A DNA stretch of 64,000 nt from Eledone cirrhosa. Its lineage: Eukaryota. Made by a program: the position numbers and the translations under genes. This document shows, piece by piece, positions 24,753 through 36,105 of the stretch; the stretch's first letter is position 1; every line of letters begins with the position of its first letter. The notes under the pieces are model-generated. The model did no database searches. It saw only the letters and a list, made by a program, of their open reading frames with translations, and was not told where the DNA came from. The stretch lies in NCBI GenBank assembly GCA_964016885.1, contig OZ024744.1, positions 64,976,001 through 65,040,000 of the forward strand, given 5' to 3'.

Positions 24753-26033
24753 CCCCAGTAGCAAGGTTTATAAAAACCTACCTTATTTATTTGCCACATT
24801 AACACTGGTTACAAATTACGTAGGTGTGGTAGGAATTGCTGGCTGTCAGATAGACAGGCAGGCAGGTAGGTAGGCAGGTAGGAATGGATGTACGGGAGGG
24901 TACATAGAGGTTCTGTTTGGATATAGGTAAGAACAGGTAGGTGGGTTTAGGTAAGTGTAGGTAAGTACGTATAGGACTGCAGGTAGATAAGTAAAAGAAA
25001 GCAGGCACACACACACATACACACATATATCTCGTTCCTACTCCTTATTATATATATATATACATACATATATATATAAGTAGGTAGATAGGTAGGTAGC
25101 ACAGAAGATAGAGGAGATAAAATATTTCAAGCAAAAGTAAAAAGAAAAAAAGAAAGTAGGTAAATTGAAGTTTGTTGGTTTATAGAGGCAGTGAATATTA
25201 TTAATAGATAAAGTGAAGAAGAAGCTAGATTGGTGATATACTGGGCAACTAATGCCTCAAAAGCGAGGTTCTATAGATGCGTTCAAGAAACATGACAACC
25301 TTTACGGTGGGAAGAAGTGAGCAACAAAAAAAAAAAACCTTAAAGGATTCGTCCTTCACCGCCAACCGTATTTGCCTTTTCTCTCACTCTCCATTTCCCA
25401 CTTAAAAATAAAAAATAAAAAATCTCTGCCTCCACCGACCGTTCACATCTAATACTTCTTCCTTTATTATTTTTCCTGCCTACTCCTCATCCTCTTTAAC
25501 TGTCACTCCTCTTCCCTCCATTACTCCTACCTGTTCCTTACACCTCTTTTTTCCCTCCCCCACTGTCTGAAAAAAGTTTGATATACACCCTCCCCACCTT
25601 TTTCACCTCTGGCCGTATGTTTATTCTTTCATTGCTGCTGCTGCTGTTGTTGCTGTTGTTCTTGTTACCCGCCCACTGGGCTACTCTCCACCTCCCTCAC
25701 ATTATCACTATTTTTTTTTTTTTTTTGCCAGACAGCTGTTCCCTCCTACCTTTCCTCTTTTGCCGCCTCCGCTTCAACCTTCTTTATTTTTATCTTCGTT
25801 TCCTCCTTCTATACACACACACACACACACACACATACTTACCCTGCTTCTTTCTATCACTCTCTTCTTTTTTTCTCTCCACTTTACTTACTCTTTAATT
25901 CCCTCTCATATATTTTCCTATTTCTACTGTTCTCTCGTTCTTCTTCTTCTCTCTCTCTCTCTACGTATTTATTTATATTGCATTTTCTCCTCATATAAAG
26001 TCTCTATCTTCCTCTCCCTAACTAACATAGACA

Positions 26034-26036
<3 letters not shown>

Positions 26037-26082
<46 letters not shown>
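26037..26082. repeat. (CT)n microsatellite
   Basis: Direct reading. Confidence 0.95.
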
Positions 26083-26087
<5 letters not shown>

Positions 26088-26514
26088 TATCTCCTTCATA
26101 CACTTTCTTCCACATTTCTAACTCACAAACGTTCTCTTTAATACACACACATATATACACCGCCTAACTCCCCACCTCTTTGGTTAACTTTACCAATTTC
26201 GCACAGTTGCCATCAAGGTGTTCCTTCTTCAAACTCTACCGTTTTACAACTCCAGCTGTTTTCTCTTCCCGTCTCACATAATTTACTTAGTATGCGCAAA
26301 TAAATATTACGCACACACAGAGGCTACGCGCAAAGAGAACCTCTAGAACACACACGCATAATATATATGTGTGTGTTGTGTGTCTGTGTGTGTATGCAAT
26401 TATATTTTTATCATATATAATCATATATATTGTATATATACATAAGTATTACTCTATTACATGTTCCAGTCGACAGGGTGAAGCCATGTGGGGCACTCTA
26501 TATATATATATTCT

Positions 26515-26600
26515 CCAGGGCGGGTCAAATTCCCGAGACCCATGGTCGAGTTCTCTCTAGCGGTCTCTGGCCCTCATCACCGCTGTCATGTCCTGCGTCT
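26515..26600 (-). mobile_element. RTE LINE extreme 3' fragment (same family as 52423-52580)
   Basis: Reverse complement AGACGCAGGACATGACAGCGGTGATGAGGGCCAGAGACCGCTAGAGAGAACTCG..TCTCGGGAATTT matches 52508-52580. Confidence 0.75.
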
Positions 26601-26904
26601 ATATATTTCGTTTCTGAATTTGTTTAGCAAGATCTGAAAACGTGTGTTGAAACCGATATTGTTATGCTTTGAGAGGGTCATGTTGCCAATAAGAAAAAAA
26701 GAAAAGAATCCCCAGTCAGTGAAGAGGTCACAGAATGTGTGACGAAAGAACTTTGACAATATATGAAACAACCGTCTGGTTGTAGAACCAACCAACCAAC
26801 CGGAAATTTATAAATTCTTAAATTTATAAATTTAATTTTTAATAAATTGGAGTGAGAGCATCTGGTGCGTGTGTTTCTTATTGGCAACATGACTCTCCCA
26901 AAGC

Positions 26905-26910
<6 letters not shown>
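26601..26910. mobile_element. Penelope-type terminal repeat family Y, with inverted segment and hammerhead-like motif
   Basis: Matches 54444-55100, 28470-28632 and 63353-63408. ATTGTTATGCTTTGAGAGGGTCATGTTGCCAATAAGAAA is inverted against 26875-26910. Contains GTGAAGAGGTCACAGAATGTGTGACGAAAG. Confidence 0.7.

Positions 26911-26993
<83 letters not shown>
26908..26993. repeat. (TA)n microsatellite
   Basis: Direct reading. Similar long (TA)n tracts occur at 29396-29458, 30160-30219, 55101-55293 and 63835-63962. Confidence 0.97.
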
Positions 26994-26996
<3 letters not shown>

Positions 26997-27293
26997 TATA
27001 TATATACATATGTTTTTGTTCCTGTCTAAGATTTAACTATATATATATATATAACCAACACCCCACTCTCCAGAGCGTGAAATTAATAAACATTCGTTGT
27101 ACTGCCTCTCTGTTTTGTTCCTGTTCAAATTTTTCCATTATATATATATATATATATATGCAGAGGTTATATTTAATTTGTTGGGATTCAACAAGCTTAA
27201 GCATTTTTATAACTGATATAAAGCACTCAACAAAGTAGTGGAGTAAATATTCAATATATTAATAAATGGAAACTATATTTATAAAACCATAAT

Positions 27294-27359
27294 TATTTTA
27301 TTATATATATTTCAAGGGCAACCAAGGCAAATTATGGTGCGCTTTCATCAGATAAAATA
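27294..27359 (-). ncRNA. Minimal type I hammerhead ribozyme motif
   Basis: Minus strand: UAUUUUAU-CUGAUGA-aagcgcacca(loop)ugguugcccuu-GAAA-UAUAUA-U-A-AUAAAAUA. Stem I is 8 bp and perfect, the core is canonical and stem III is palindromic. Confidence 0.8.
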
Positions 27360-27449
27360 CAGATTTGTTTTATAAATAAATATTGACATACCCGGAAAAA
27401 AGACAACCTTAACGGTTGACGCTCTCTGAATATATATATATATATAAAT

Positions 27450-27632
27450 CCGGGCAGGATGGTTTGTGGAAGACCAGCAGTCGCCCTTGCATACCAGTCC
27501 CCCTCTCCACACTACCAATGGTTGTTCAAGAGAAAAAGCAATGGCCGATGCAGCTTGGCACCTGTGATGTTTTAACTCATTTCTACAGCTGAGTGAACTG
27601 GAGCAACGTGATATAAAATGTTTTGCTCAAGG
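27450..27632 (-). mobile_element. CORE-type SINE family B, 5'-truncated
   Basis: Reverse complement TCCTTGAGCAAAACATTTTATATCACGTTGCTCCAGTTCACTCAGCTGTAGAAATGAG..GTGTGGAGAGGGGACTGGTATGCAAGGGCGACTG matches 23830-24010. Confidence 0.8.
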
Positions 27633-28129
27633 AATCGAACAAGGCCAACACTCTCACCGCTGAGCTATGAGTTTTTCTCGTCTTGGAGTCTTTTCACCAG
27701 CGTTCTTTCATCCTTTATCCAAGACGAGAAAAACTCTTCAGTACTCCAACATACCTGAATGAAACATAAGGGCGGGAGGGGGGAGGGGGCGAAATAAAAA
27801 TGATATCTACACACAAAATACGCAATGTTTCGACCAAAATTAAGTAGAAAGTACAAATGAAATAACAACCTCACAACAGAGTGGTTCGGGTACATAGACA
27901 GACCACCACCACCGCCACCACCACCACACAGATATATAGAATACAAAAATCAGGATAACAATTAACTAGCTAGTGACAAGTAGGAATGAGAGATGAATGT
28001 ATGGTCCCGTAACTCCTGATAGAGTCGCAGGGGCGCCATATTGACATACAGCGTTTCTTTGGCATTTTAAGCCTGGCGGAGCCCATCCCTCTCCAGGCCT
28101 AAGTACAGCAGATTTCTTTCAGAGAGAAG

Positions 28130-28291
28130 AATCGACCCCAGTACTAGACTGGTATTTTTTTTTTATCGACCTCGAAAGGATGAGAGGCAAAGTTGACCTT
28201 GGTGGGATTTGAACTCAGAGAGCAGAGAGCTGGAATGAATACCATAAAGCATTCTATCTGACGTTCCTACGACTTTGCCAATTCGCCGCCT
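28130..28291 (-). mobile_element. SINE family A, diverged copy
   Basis: TTATCGACCTCGAAAGGATGAGAGGCAAAGTTGACCTTGGTGGGATTTGAACTCAGA..TGCCAATTCGCCGCC. Confidence 0.8.
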
Positions 28292-28314
28292 TTAGGAAGG
28301 AGAGTAGAAAGAGA

Positions 28315-28632
28315 ATAAATAAATAAAAACATACACACACCCAGGTGTAAGGCACGCGCAGTCCAGGTACATGGCTCACAAAGAGAAGATGGTGTAAAAC
28401 AGAACAAAGAGGAGAGAAGATGGTGTAAAACAGAACAAAGAGGAGACACAACGTAACAAAACTAGTCGTTGAATAGGTCACAGAATGTGTGACGAAAGAG
28501 CTTTGACAATCAACAATTATAAAACCATCCGGTTCTTAAACTAACCGACGGGAAATTGTAATAATAAATCGAACTTCAACTGGCAGCATGATCCTCCCAA
28601 AGTATAACGATATCTGTTTCAACACACGTTTT
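28315..28632 (+). mobile_element. Penelope-type terminal repeat family Y, diverged copy with an internal ~33-bp tandem duplication
   Basis: GGTCACAGAATGTGTGACGAAAGAGCTTTGACAAT is shared with 54859-54893. The left part is the reverse complement of 54640-54760. GAGAAGATGGTGTAAAACAGAACAAAGAGGA occurs twice. Confidence 0.7.
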
Positions 28633-28767
28633 CACACACACACAAAATCATGCCAAACGTACACTTTAGCCGCTAGCGCACTTCTTAATATATACCTAAA
28701 TTAATTACCAATACGAGCGCTAATTATATGCAAACTAGTATGCCCATTTCAGAACTAAGAGCGAATG

Positions 28768-28912
28768 AGTATATACAATATTTAATATAGAAATGGCTTC
28801 TACAGAACTAGAACTGTTTCATTCGAAGGGCTTTCCTGATCATTTCCTTTGAATGGAACGAAACAGTTCTAGCCCTGTAGAAGCCATTTCTATATTAGAT
28901 GTTGTATATACT
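28768..28912. repeat. Fold-back inverted repeat enclosing a degenerate hammerhead
   Basis: GAGTATATACAATATTTAATATAGAAATGGCTTCTACAG..CTAGAACTGTTTC is inverted against GAAACAGTTCTAG..CTGTAGAAGCCATTTCTATATTAGATGTTGTATATACTC. Confidence 0.85.
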
Positions 28913-29392
28913 CTACTACGTATTGAGTAACTTACTGTGGTTATCCCCGATTGAACCCGGGACACACACACACATTTATATATATTATATAAACTTTTAC
29001 CTGTGCAGAGAACAAGTATTACTTAAACGGTAGATCGTTAAAATATCATCACATGTGCGTATGTATGATTTTAATGGTTTTCATATAGGGTGTTTAGTCA
29101 GCTACATAAAAAATACAGAAATCAGGGCAACACATCTTAGCGCGTACCCACACACACCCAGTCATGCTGATAAACAAACAAAAACACAAATACGTAGCTT
29201 TATACACACACACACACAAATACACTTTTATTTGCTTCGTCATTCCACTTGTATCAAATCAAATACACACACACTCACACACGTGCGTCGGTGTGTATTA
29301 GTATTTGCGAAGATATATCGATAAAAATATACCAATACCTTCAGAAATATGCATATACATACAATTTATGTATACATGCCTATATGGCCACT

Positions 29393-29455
<63 letters not shown>

Positions 29456-29502
29456 ATTAAAATACAAATATTAATAAAATAGATGTACTTTTGATCAATT
29501 AC

Positions 29503-29558
29503 ATTTTATTATACATATTTCGGATGTACAACAACAGTACGTCCTCATCAGACAAAAT
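29503..29558 (-). ncRNA. Minimal type I hammerhead ribozyme motif
   Basis: Minus strand: AUUUUGU-CUGAUGA-GGACGUAC(uguuguu)GUACAUCC-GAAA-UAUGUA-U-A-AUAAAAU. The core is canonical, stem I is 7 bp and stem II pairs at 7 of 8 positions. Confidence 0.82.
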
Positions 29559-30156
29559 ATAATGATACATGACATACCCTGAGATGTTAAATGGTTAAGA
29601 TTTAATCAAGGTAGTGATTAACCTAAGAGAAAGTTTAACATTTATACCCTAATAATGAGAAAATGCGAAAACGTAATAAATTCAATAGAGAATGTGTGAG
29701 TAAGAAAAACGTTGCTTAATGTAACAGTTATAGAGATTTTAAAATGTATGATACTACAATTTATGATTATCTAGGAAAACAGTCAATGAGAGCCACTGGA
29801 AAATTATTTTTTCGTAGAGTGCTTCCAATCTATTGTAAAACTCATTCTTTGATATACTCATTGAATCTTGTTCAACGCTTTAATATATATATATATATTT
29901 ATTTATATGCGTTATAAGTTAAAATTTACACTCTATCCACCAATATTGATTGTTAATTCAATTAATGTTTAGAAAGTTTTAAATTTTATATACACATTCT
30001 AATATATATATATTATGTGCGTGTGTGTGCATTTATAGCGATTACATTCATATACTTTTAAGTTTATAATTTCTGGACACGCATAAGGATATATATATAT
30101 ATATATATATTATGGAATACTGTTGGCTTCTTGCTACAATACTTTCTATACCTTTC

Positions 30157-30220
<64 letters not shown>

Positions 30221-30678
30221 GCACACATACATTAAATGTGTATAATGTCTAATTTTATATCTATATTTTATATTTTATACACCATGTGCATATACATAGA
30301 TATACATGTGAGTATAATTGATAAATATGCGTAAATACATACGTATATATATACACATTCACTTTTTAAGTTTTATATTCTCTTTATATACGTATATATA
30401 TATATATAATGTGTGTGTGTGTTTTATAGTTGCTACCCTTCCCTCGTTTCTCTTGGTGTGCTCCAAATCAACAGGAAGCGTGCATGGTTAAATTGTGCCG
30501 TGGCTGACCCATCTATCATACCAAAATAGGCTAACAAGTTACGGAAGGCTAATAGAAACAAAATTATCACCCACCTCTACCATCACTCTTTCTCGGTTTT
30601 ATTTTTTGTTGTTCTTTTATTTTTGCTGTGTTGCTTTTTTTTCCTTTCTTTCAAATGTGTGTGTATATACACACCTAT

Positions 30679-30732
<54 letters not shown>

Positions 30733-31635
30733 GTGTCCGTGTGTGTGTGTGGAGTGAGCGAGGGAGAGAGAGATTGTATTACTTTCTATTAATTCTTTCT
30801 CTCTTTCTTCTCAATTTTCCTTTTCTTTTTTTTCTTTTTCCTTCTTTCCTCTTTCATTCTCCTTTTCTCCCCTCTCTCTCTCTCCCACCTTTCTTTTTTT
30901 CTTCCTTTCTTATTTACTTACCAATTTCATTCCCCAGTTCATCAGAATTGTCTTAACTTGTTTTTTCTTTTATTCGTTTTTCTTTTCTTTTATTTTAGTT
31001 TAGTTTAGTGTGTTGTATGTGTGTATACATTTATGTATGGGTATGCATACGTAAAGATAAATGTGTGTGTGTGTCCTGTATGCATATGTTCTTGAAACGT
31101 GTTAAAAAACTAAAACTCGTATGAAATAATCTATTAACCTTATTTTTATGATGCAAACCTTTTTTTAGCTCTTCTTCTACGTTAACCTACCTATTTTATG
31201 AATTCTTCAATGGGCTGGACAAATTGCCTTACAAGAGTTTCGTTTTCTTCCTACCGTCCTCCATTCATTCATTTCTTCTTCTATATTTTCTTTCGACACC
31301 CCCTCCCTTTTTTTTAACATCCACCCGTTTTATTTATTTATTTTCTTAAATGATGCCCTCCGTTCATTATTGAAAAAACAACCATCCTGTCTCACTTGGT
31401 CTTGCACATGTTAATCTACTACTACTACAATCACCACCACCACCACCACCACTACCACCACTACTACTACTACTACTACTACCGCCACCACCACCAATAC
31501 ACACACAAACACTTTTTCTCTCACGCATGTGCGCTTGTGCGTATTATTTGGTTACTGTGTTTATTTTTCATTTGTCTCAATATTTTGTTTCCCATGCATC
31601 TTTCCAACGGCTTGTTTCAAACCACTGTGCATCCA

Positions 31636-32356
31636 ATAATTGTTCCTACTTTTGGCACAAGGCCAACAATTACCCCAGTGCATTACTGGTACTTTATTAT
31701 ATTGATCCCGTAAGGATGAAAGGCAAAGTTAACTTCGGCAGGTTTTGAACTCAGAACGTAAAGGCCGTAACTCTGTGCCGTGAAGCATGGTGTCTGACCC
31801 TCTACCAATACTGCCCATCCACTACCATAACCTCGGTGATTGGACGAGAACCAATGTTTTCAGCGTTCTATGGTCATAATAATTGTTTCTACTTTAGGCA
31901 CAATGCCAGCAATTACCCAGTATATTACTGGTACTTTATTTTATCGACCCCGTAAGGATGAAAGGCAAAGTTAACCTCGGCGGGATTTGAACTCAGATCG
32001 TAAAGGGACATGGTCATAATAATTGTTTCTACTTTTGGCACAAGGCCAGCAATTACCCAGTATATTACTGGTACTTTATTTTATCGACCCCATAAGGATG
32101 AAAGGCAAAGTTAACCTCGGCGGGATTTGAACTCAGAATGGCAAGGGCCGTAACTCTATGCGTCAAAGCATGGCGTCCGACTCTCTACCGATACTGCCAA
32201 TCCACTGGACATGGTCATAATAATGCAATGTAATATAATTGTTTCTACTTTTGGCACAAGGCCAACAATTATTCCAGTACATTACTGGTACTTTATTTTA
32301 TCGATTTTATCGACTAAGGATGAAAGGCAAAGTTAACCGCGGTGGGATTTAAACTC
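31636..32356 (-). mobile_element. Cluster of four SINE family A copies (31636-31825, 31880-32009, 32020-32206, 32236-32356)
   Basis: Each begins on + with TAATTGTTTCTACTTT..GGCACAAGGCC (reverse of the tail). Three have their own TSDs. Confidence 0.93.
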
Positions 32357-32689
32357 AATGCAATGTAATAATAATGTGACATCATCCTTATTCCTGAATT
32401 GCATTTTTCAAAGGGGGGAACTGACAAGGAAGAAAATATTCTTGTTCGTTCGTATCCTGCCTAGATGTGAAACAGAAACAATTTGTTAAGTAGTATATAG
32501 ATTGTGTCTCTACACAGGAATTATTTACAGCTATGGAAATGTACACCAGCATGGTAATTATTTATAGCTATATAGGCTATTTCTTTATGGTACCTATTTG
32601 TTAGTAGGTGAGCTATACCTTGAAGTGGGTTTTATTTCATAATGATGACTATAGTGATCATTTAGGTGTCATGACAAAAGCAAGAGTGC

Positions 32690-32946
32690 AGTCCACACTG
32701 TAAATTAGTTGTGTAGGTGACACAAAAATAAGCACCCAGCCTACACTGTAAAGTGGTCGTGTATGTGTCAACACAAAAAACACCCAGTTCACACTATAAA
32801 TGTGGTTGGTGTTCGGAGGGGCATCCAGCCAGCCATAGAAACCAAGCCAAAATCAGTTCTGTGTGAACGAATCATGGTCCCCCAAACGGACAGCCTGTCC
32901 TACCCATGCTAGCATGGAAGATGGACGTTAAACGATGATGATGATG
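32690..32946 (+). mobile_element. RTE 3'UTR-derived fragment (or SINE sharing the RTE tail) with (GAT)n tail
   Basis: Three ~46-bp CAG..ACACTGTAAA..GTGG repeats, GGAGGGGCATCCAGCC and CCCATGCTAGCATGGAAGATGGACGTTAAAC(GAT)n. Matches 35050-35323. Confidence 0.8.
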
Positions 32947-33074
32947 GATTCTCTATTGATTTCAATGATGAGTGTTCAGTTGTTCAGTCAATCAAATGTC
33001 TTGTTCATGTGGTTGAGTATTCCACAGACATGTGTAACCTTAACTACAATCCACTAGGCTATGAATGATGATTT

Positions 33075-33225
33075 CCAATTTAGGCACAAGGCCAGCAATT
33101 TACAGGGAGTGGGGGGAGTCAAGTATATCAACCTCAGTATTTAATTGGTACTTTATTTTATCAAAACTGGAAGGATGAAAGGCAAAGCTGACCTTGGCAG
33201 GATTTGAACTCAGAATATAGTAAGT
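33075..33225 (-). mobile_element. SINE family A variant, diverged
   Basis: TTAGGCACAAGGCCAGCAATT..GGTACTTTATTTTATC..GGAAGGATGAAAGGCAAAGCTGACCTTGGCAGGATTTGAACTCAGAA. Confidence 0.8.
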
Positions 33226-33764
33226 TGTAACTTCTTGTCGTGTCCACAAGAGTGTCAGTTATAAAGCTTGGCTAGATGTGGTTCCGCCACAGCTGAACAC
33301 ATTGCTGTCTTTTCTCATTAAACTCTGACAAGTCCAATGCTATGCAGGGGTCATATCAGAAGGTGCTGCGTAGTCTGTGGTTCAGTGTTGCAGTCACATA
33401 CAGCGTCCCCATCCTTTAAATATCCCCATTTTGCAAGAGTGACTTTTGCATATCCAACACCAGATCTTAGCCTGCTTAGGCATTTCTACTCTGCGTAGTG
33501 TATATCTGCTCCAGAGATAACTAAATATTGCAAAGCATTTTATCCAATGCTCTACTGATACTGTCAATTCACCACCCTCCACCAGGCTTCAAATAATAGC
33601 ATGAGAGTTTCTCATGGATGCTTTCAGCATGAAGAACATACAGTTATGTGCAAACTGACACACCTAATGTTGAGAGTCAGAAATCATTTTTTTTTTTTTG
33701 TAATTGAAAACTATTTGTGTTAATGACAATTCTTTCAAGAAGGGTGAGGGAAGGAACTTTAAAA

Positions 33765-33928
33765 CAGTCATGGGCAGACTGCGGCCCAAGAGCTGCATGC
33801 GGCTTTTTTGGCTTTCTGAATGGCATGCCTGATTTCAAAATTGCCTTGAATGGTTTAGTAGTGTGGCCTGCCTTATGATGAGCCACATCCTATATGACCC
33901 ACTGCTCAAAAAAGGTTGCCCATGCCTG
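33765..33928. mobile_element. Short hAT (Charlie-like) MITE
   Basis: TIRs CAGTCATGGGCA / TGCCCATGCCTG, subterminal GCGGCCC motif and imperfect 8-bp TSD CTTTAAAA / GTCTAAAA. Confidence 0.65.
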
Positions 33929-33997
33929 GTCTAAAATCTGAACTACTTAAAATGTTATATATATATATTATTATTATTATTACTTTCAAAGTAATAG

Positions 33998-34185
33998 GGT
34001 GGTGAATTGGCAGTATCAGTAGAGGGTTGGATGCCATGCTTTCTAGCATAGTTACGTCCCTTTACAGTCTGAGTTCAAATCTCGCCGAGGTTGACTTTGC
34101 CTTTCATCCTTACGGGGTCGATAAAATAAAGTACCAGTAATGTACTGAGTAATTGCTGGCCTTGTGCCTAAAGTAGAAACAATTA
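33998..34185 (+). mobile_element. SINE family A, full length
   Basis: Head GGTGGTGAATTGGCAGTATC and B-box GAGTTCAAATCTC. 19-bp TSD ATTATTACTTTCAAAGTAA at 33976-33994 and 34182-34200. Confidence 0.92.
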
Positions 34186-34281
34186 TTACTTTCAAAGTAA
34201 AGGGTGTCATGCATGATATAAACTCAAACATATGTCTTGTCTCTAAATACAGCTCAAGATAGAATTCAGAGAATAAAATGA

Positions 34282-34500
34282 ATTATAAGAAAGTGAATGA
34301 AATATATTCATACACACATAAGTGTACATTAAGATATATCAAAGCTTAAGACTAGAGACAATCTGCACTGAATGTAAGATTACATAATTCGTGATTATGT
34401 AATCTTACATTCAGTGCAGATTGTCTCTAGTTTTAAGCTTTGATATATCTTAAATGTACACTTATGTGTGTATGAATATATTTCATTCACTTTCTTATAA

Positions 34501-34501
<1 letters not shown>
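34282..34501. repeat. Near-perfect ~220-bp palindrome (arms ~107 bp, 5-nt spacer TCGTG)
   Basis: ..CTGCACTGAATGTAAGATTACATAAT-tcgtg-ATTATGTAATCTTACATTCAGTGCAG.., with one substitution and one indel seen. Confidence 0.95.
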
Positions 34502-34538
<37 letters not shown>

Positions 34539-34635
34539 TGGAAAATGTAAGAGAAACACAAACATAAGGACAATTCCCGCTCTTCGGCTGTCTGCTTCGT
34601 TGGATGTGTAATAGTAATATACAGGAATGGCAAAA

Positions 34636-35323
34636 CACAAATGAACTATGTGAGAAATTAGGAGTAAGAGGGATCAGATGCAGTTTACTTGAGAGGAGAT
34701 TACATTGGTATGCGATGCGCATGAAAGATGACAGCTGTATAAAAAAAGTGCATGGCGATCAAAATTGATGGAAGCTACGGAGTAAGTAGACTCAGAAAAA
34801 CCTGGAATGACATGATGAAATATGACCTTGTACACTTACACCCCTCTAAAACAATGTCAATGGATTGAGACCTTACACACTACGCAGTAATACAGAAGAC
34901 CTACCTTTCCTTATGTACAAAGTTAAACCTACAGTCAGTAGGCACTTCTTAACCAAATATACACCCCAACCCACTACCCCTACTCCATCCTTCCACTCCC
35001 ACCAACACCATCCTTTCTCTGTAAAGTTATGTTGGTACCACAGAACATCCAGTCCAAACTAAAGTGGTCATGTAAGTGTCACAACAAAAAGCACACAGTC
35101 TACGCTGTAAAGTGGTTGTGTAGGAAACACGGTAAAAAGGCTCCCAGTCCACACTGTAAATGTGGTTGGTGTTAGGAAGGGCATCCAGCCATAGGAAACC
35201 TCCCAGATACAGTCCTATACAAGCGAGACGCGGTCACTCGATCAATCTTACCTCAAGTGGGACAATTCTCGTCTAACCCATGCTAGCGTGGAAGATAGAC
35301 ATTAAATGATGATGATGATGATG
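34636..35323 (+). mobile_element. RTE LINE 3' end with long 3'UTR and (GAT)n tail (same family as 45899-47192)
   Basis: Encodes NELCEKLGVRGIRCSLLERRLHWY..MRMKDDSCIKK and is collinear with the reverse complement of 46520-45899 through the UTR and tail. Confidence 0.88.
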
Positions 35324-35358
<35 letters not shown>

Positions 35359-35735
35359 TATATACATATATATATATATAAATATCATCATCATCATCAT
35401 ATATATATATATATATCAAAGAAAGAGACTTTATTTCAAAGTACTCAAATATATTCCTAAGATAAAATTATATAAAAATAATAAAGAATTTAATATTTAG
35501 CCAAACAAAAAAAAAAGAAAGAGGCAATGGGAAAGATTATAAATGAGAGGAAAAGGAGGGAAAGCAACAAAAGAAAGAGAGGGGGAAGGGGAGAGGGTGA
35601 CAGAATCTACACCTAAGTCGCAGTGGTATTTCGGCTGTGTCCATTGGACAAAATGGAAGCATGCATTGGAAATGGATCTGATCTGTGGTAAGTATGGCGA
35701 CAGGATCTAGCAAACCTGTGTTGACCAGTTGTACC

Positions 35736-36105
35736 TTAACCCTTTAGCATTTACATTACTCTATATATATTATTATATTTTCATGGTAAAGGCTTTACCT
35801 CACATAATTATCTCACATAATATGTGAAATTTTAATATTATTTATTTTGAGAACAATACCTTAACATCAGTATGAGCAGCCGGTTTGAACAGAAAGAGAG
35901 AATTCTTGCCGGATATGGCCGGTTTAAATGCTAAAGGGTTAAACCGGCTGTATCTGGCTAGAATTCTCTCACCTTTCAGTTAAAACTGGCTGTAACCAGC
36001 TGCTCATACTGATGTCAAGGTATTGTTCTCAAAATAAATATGGTAAAGCCTTTACCGTGAAAATATATTAGTAAATATAGAGTAATGTAAATGCTAAAAG
36101 GTTAA
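35736..36105. mobile_element. piggyBac-type MITE plus an inverted second copy
   Basis: TTAA-CCCTTTAGCATTTA..TAAATGCTAAAGGG-TTAA (35736-35942), followed by an inverted copy ending TAAATGCTAAAAGG-TTAA (36105). Confidence 0.85.

Noticed and set aside
30440-30570. Possible host exon after ..CAACAG
   Set aside because: All frames close quickly and there is no recognisable domain or donor site.
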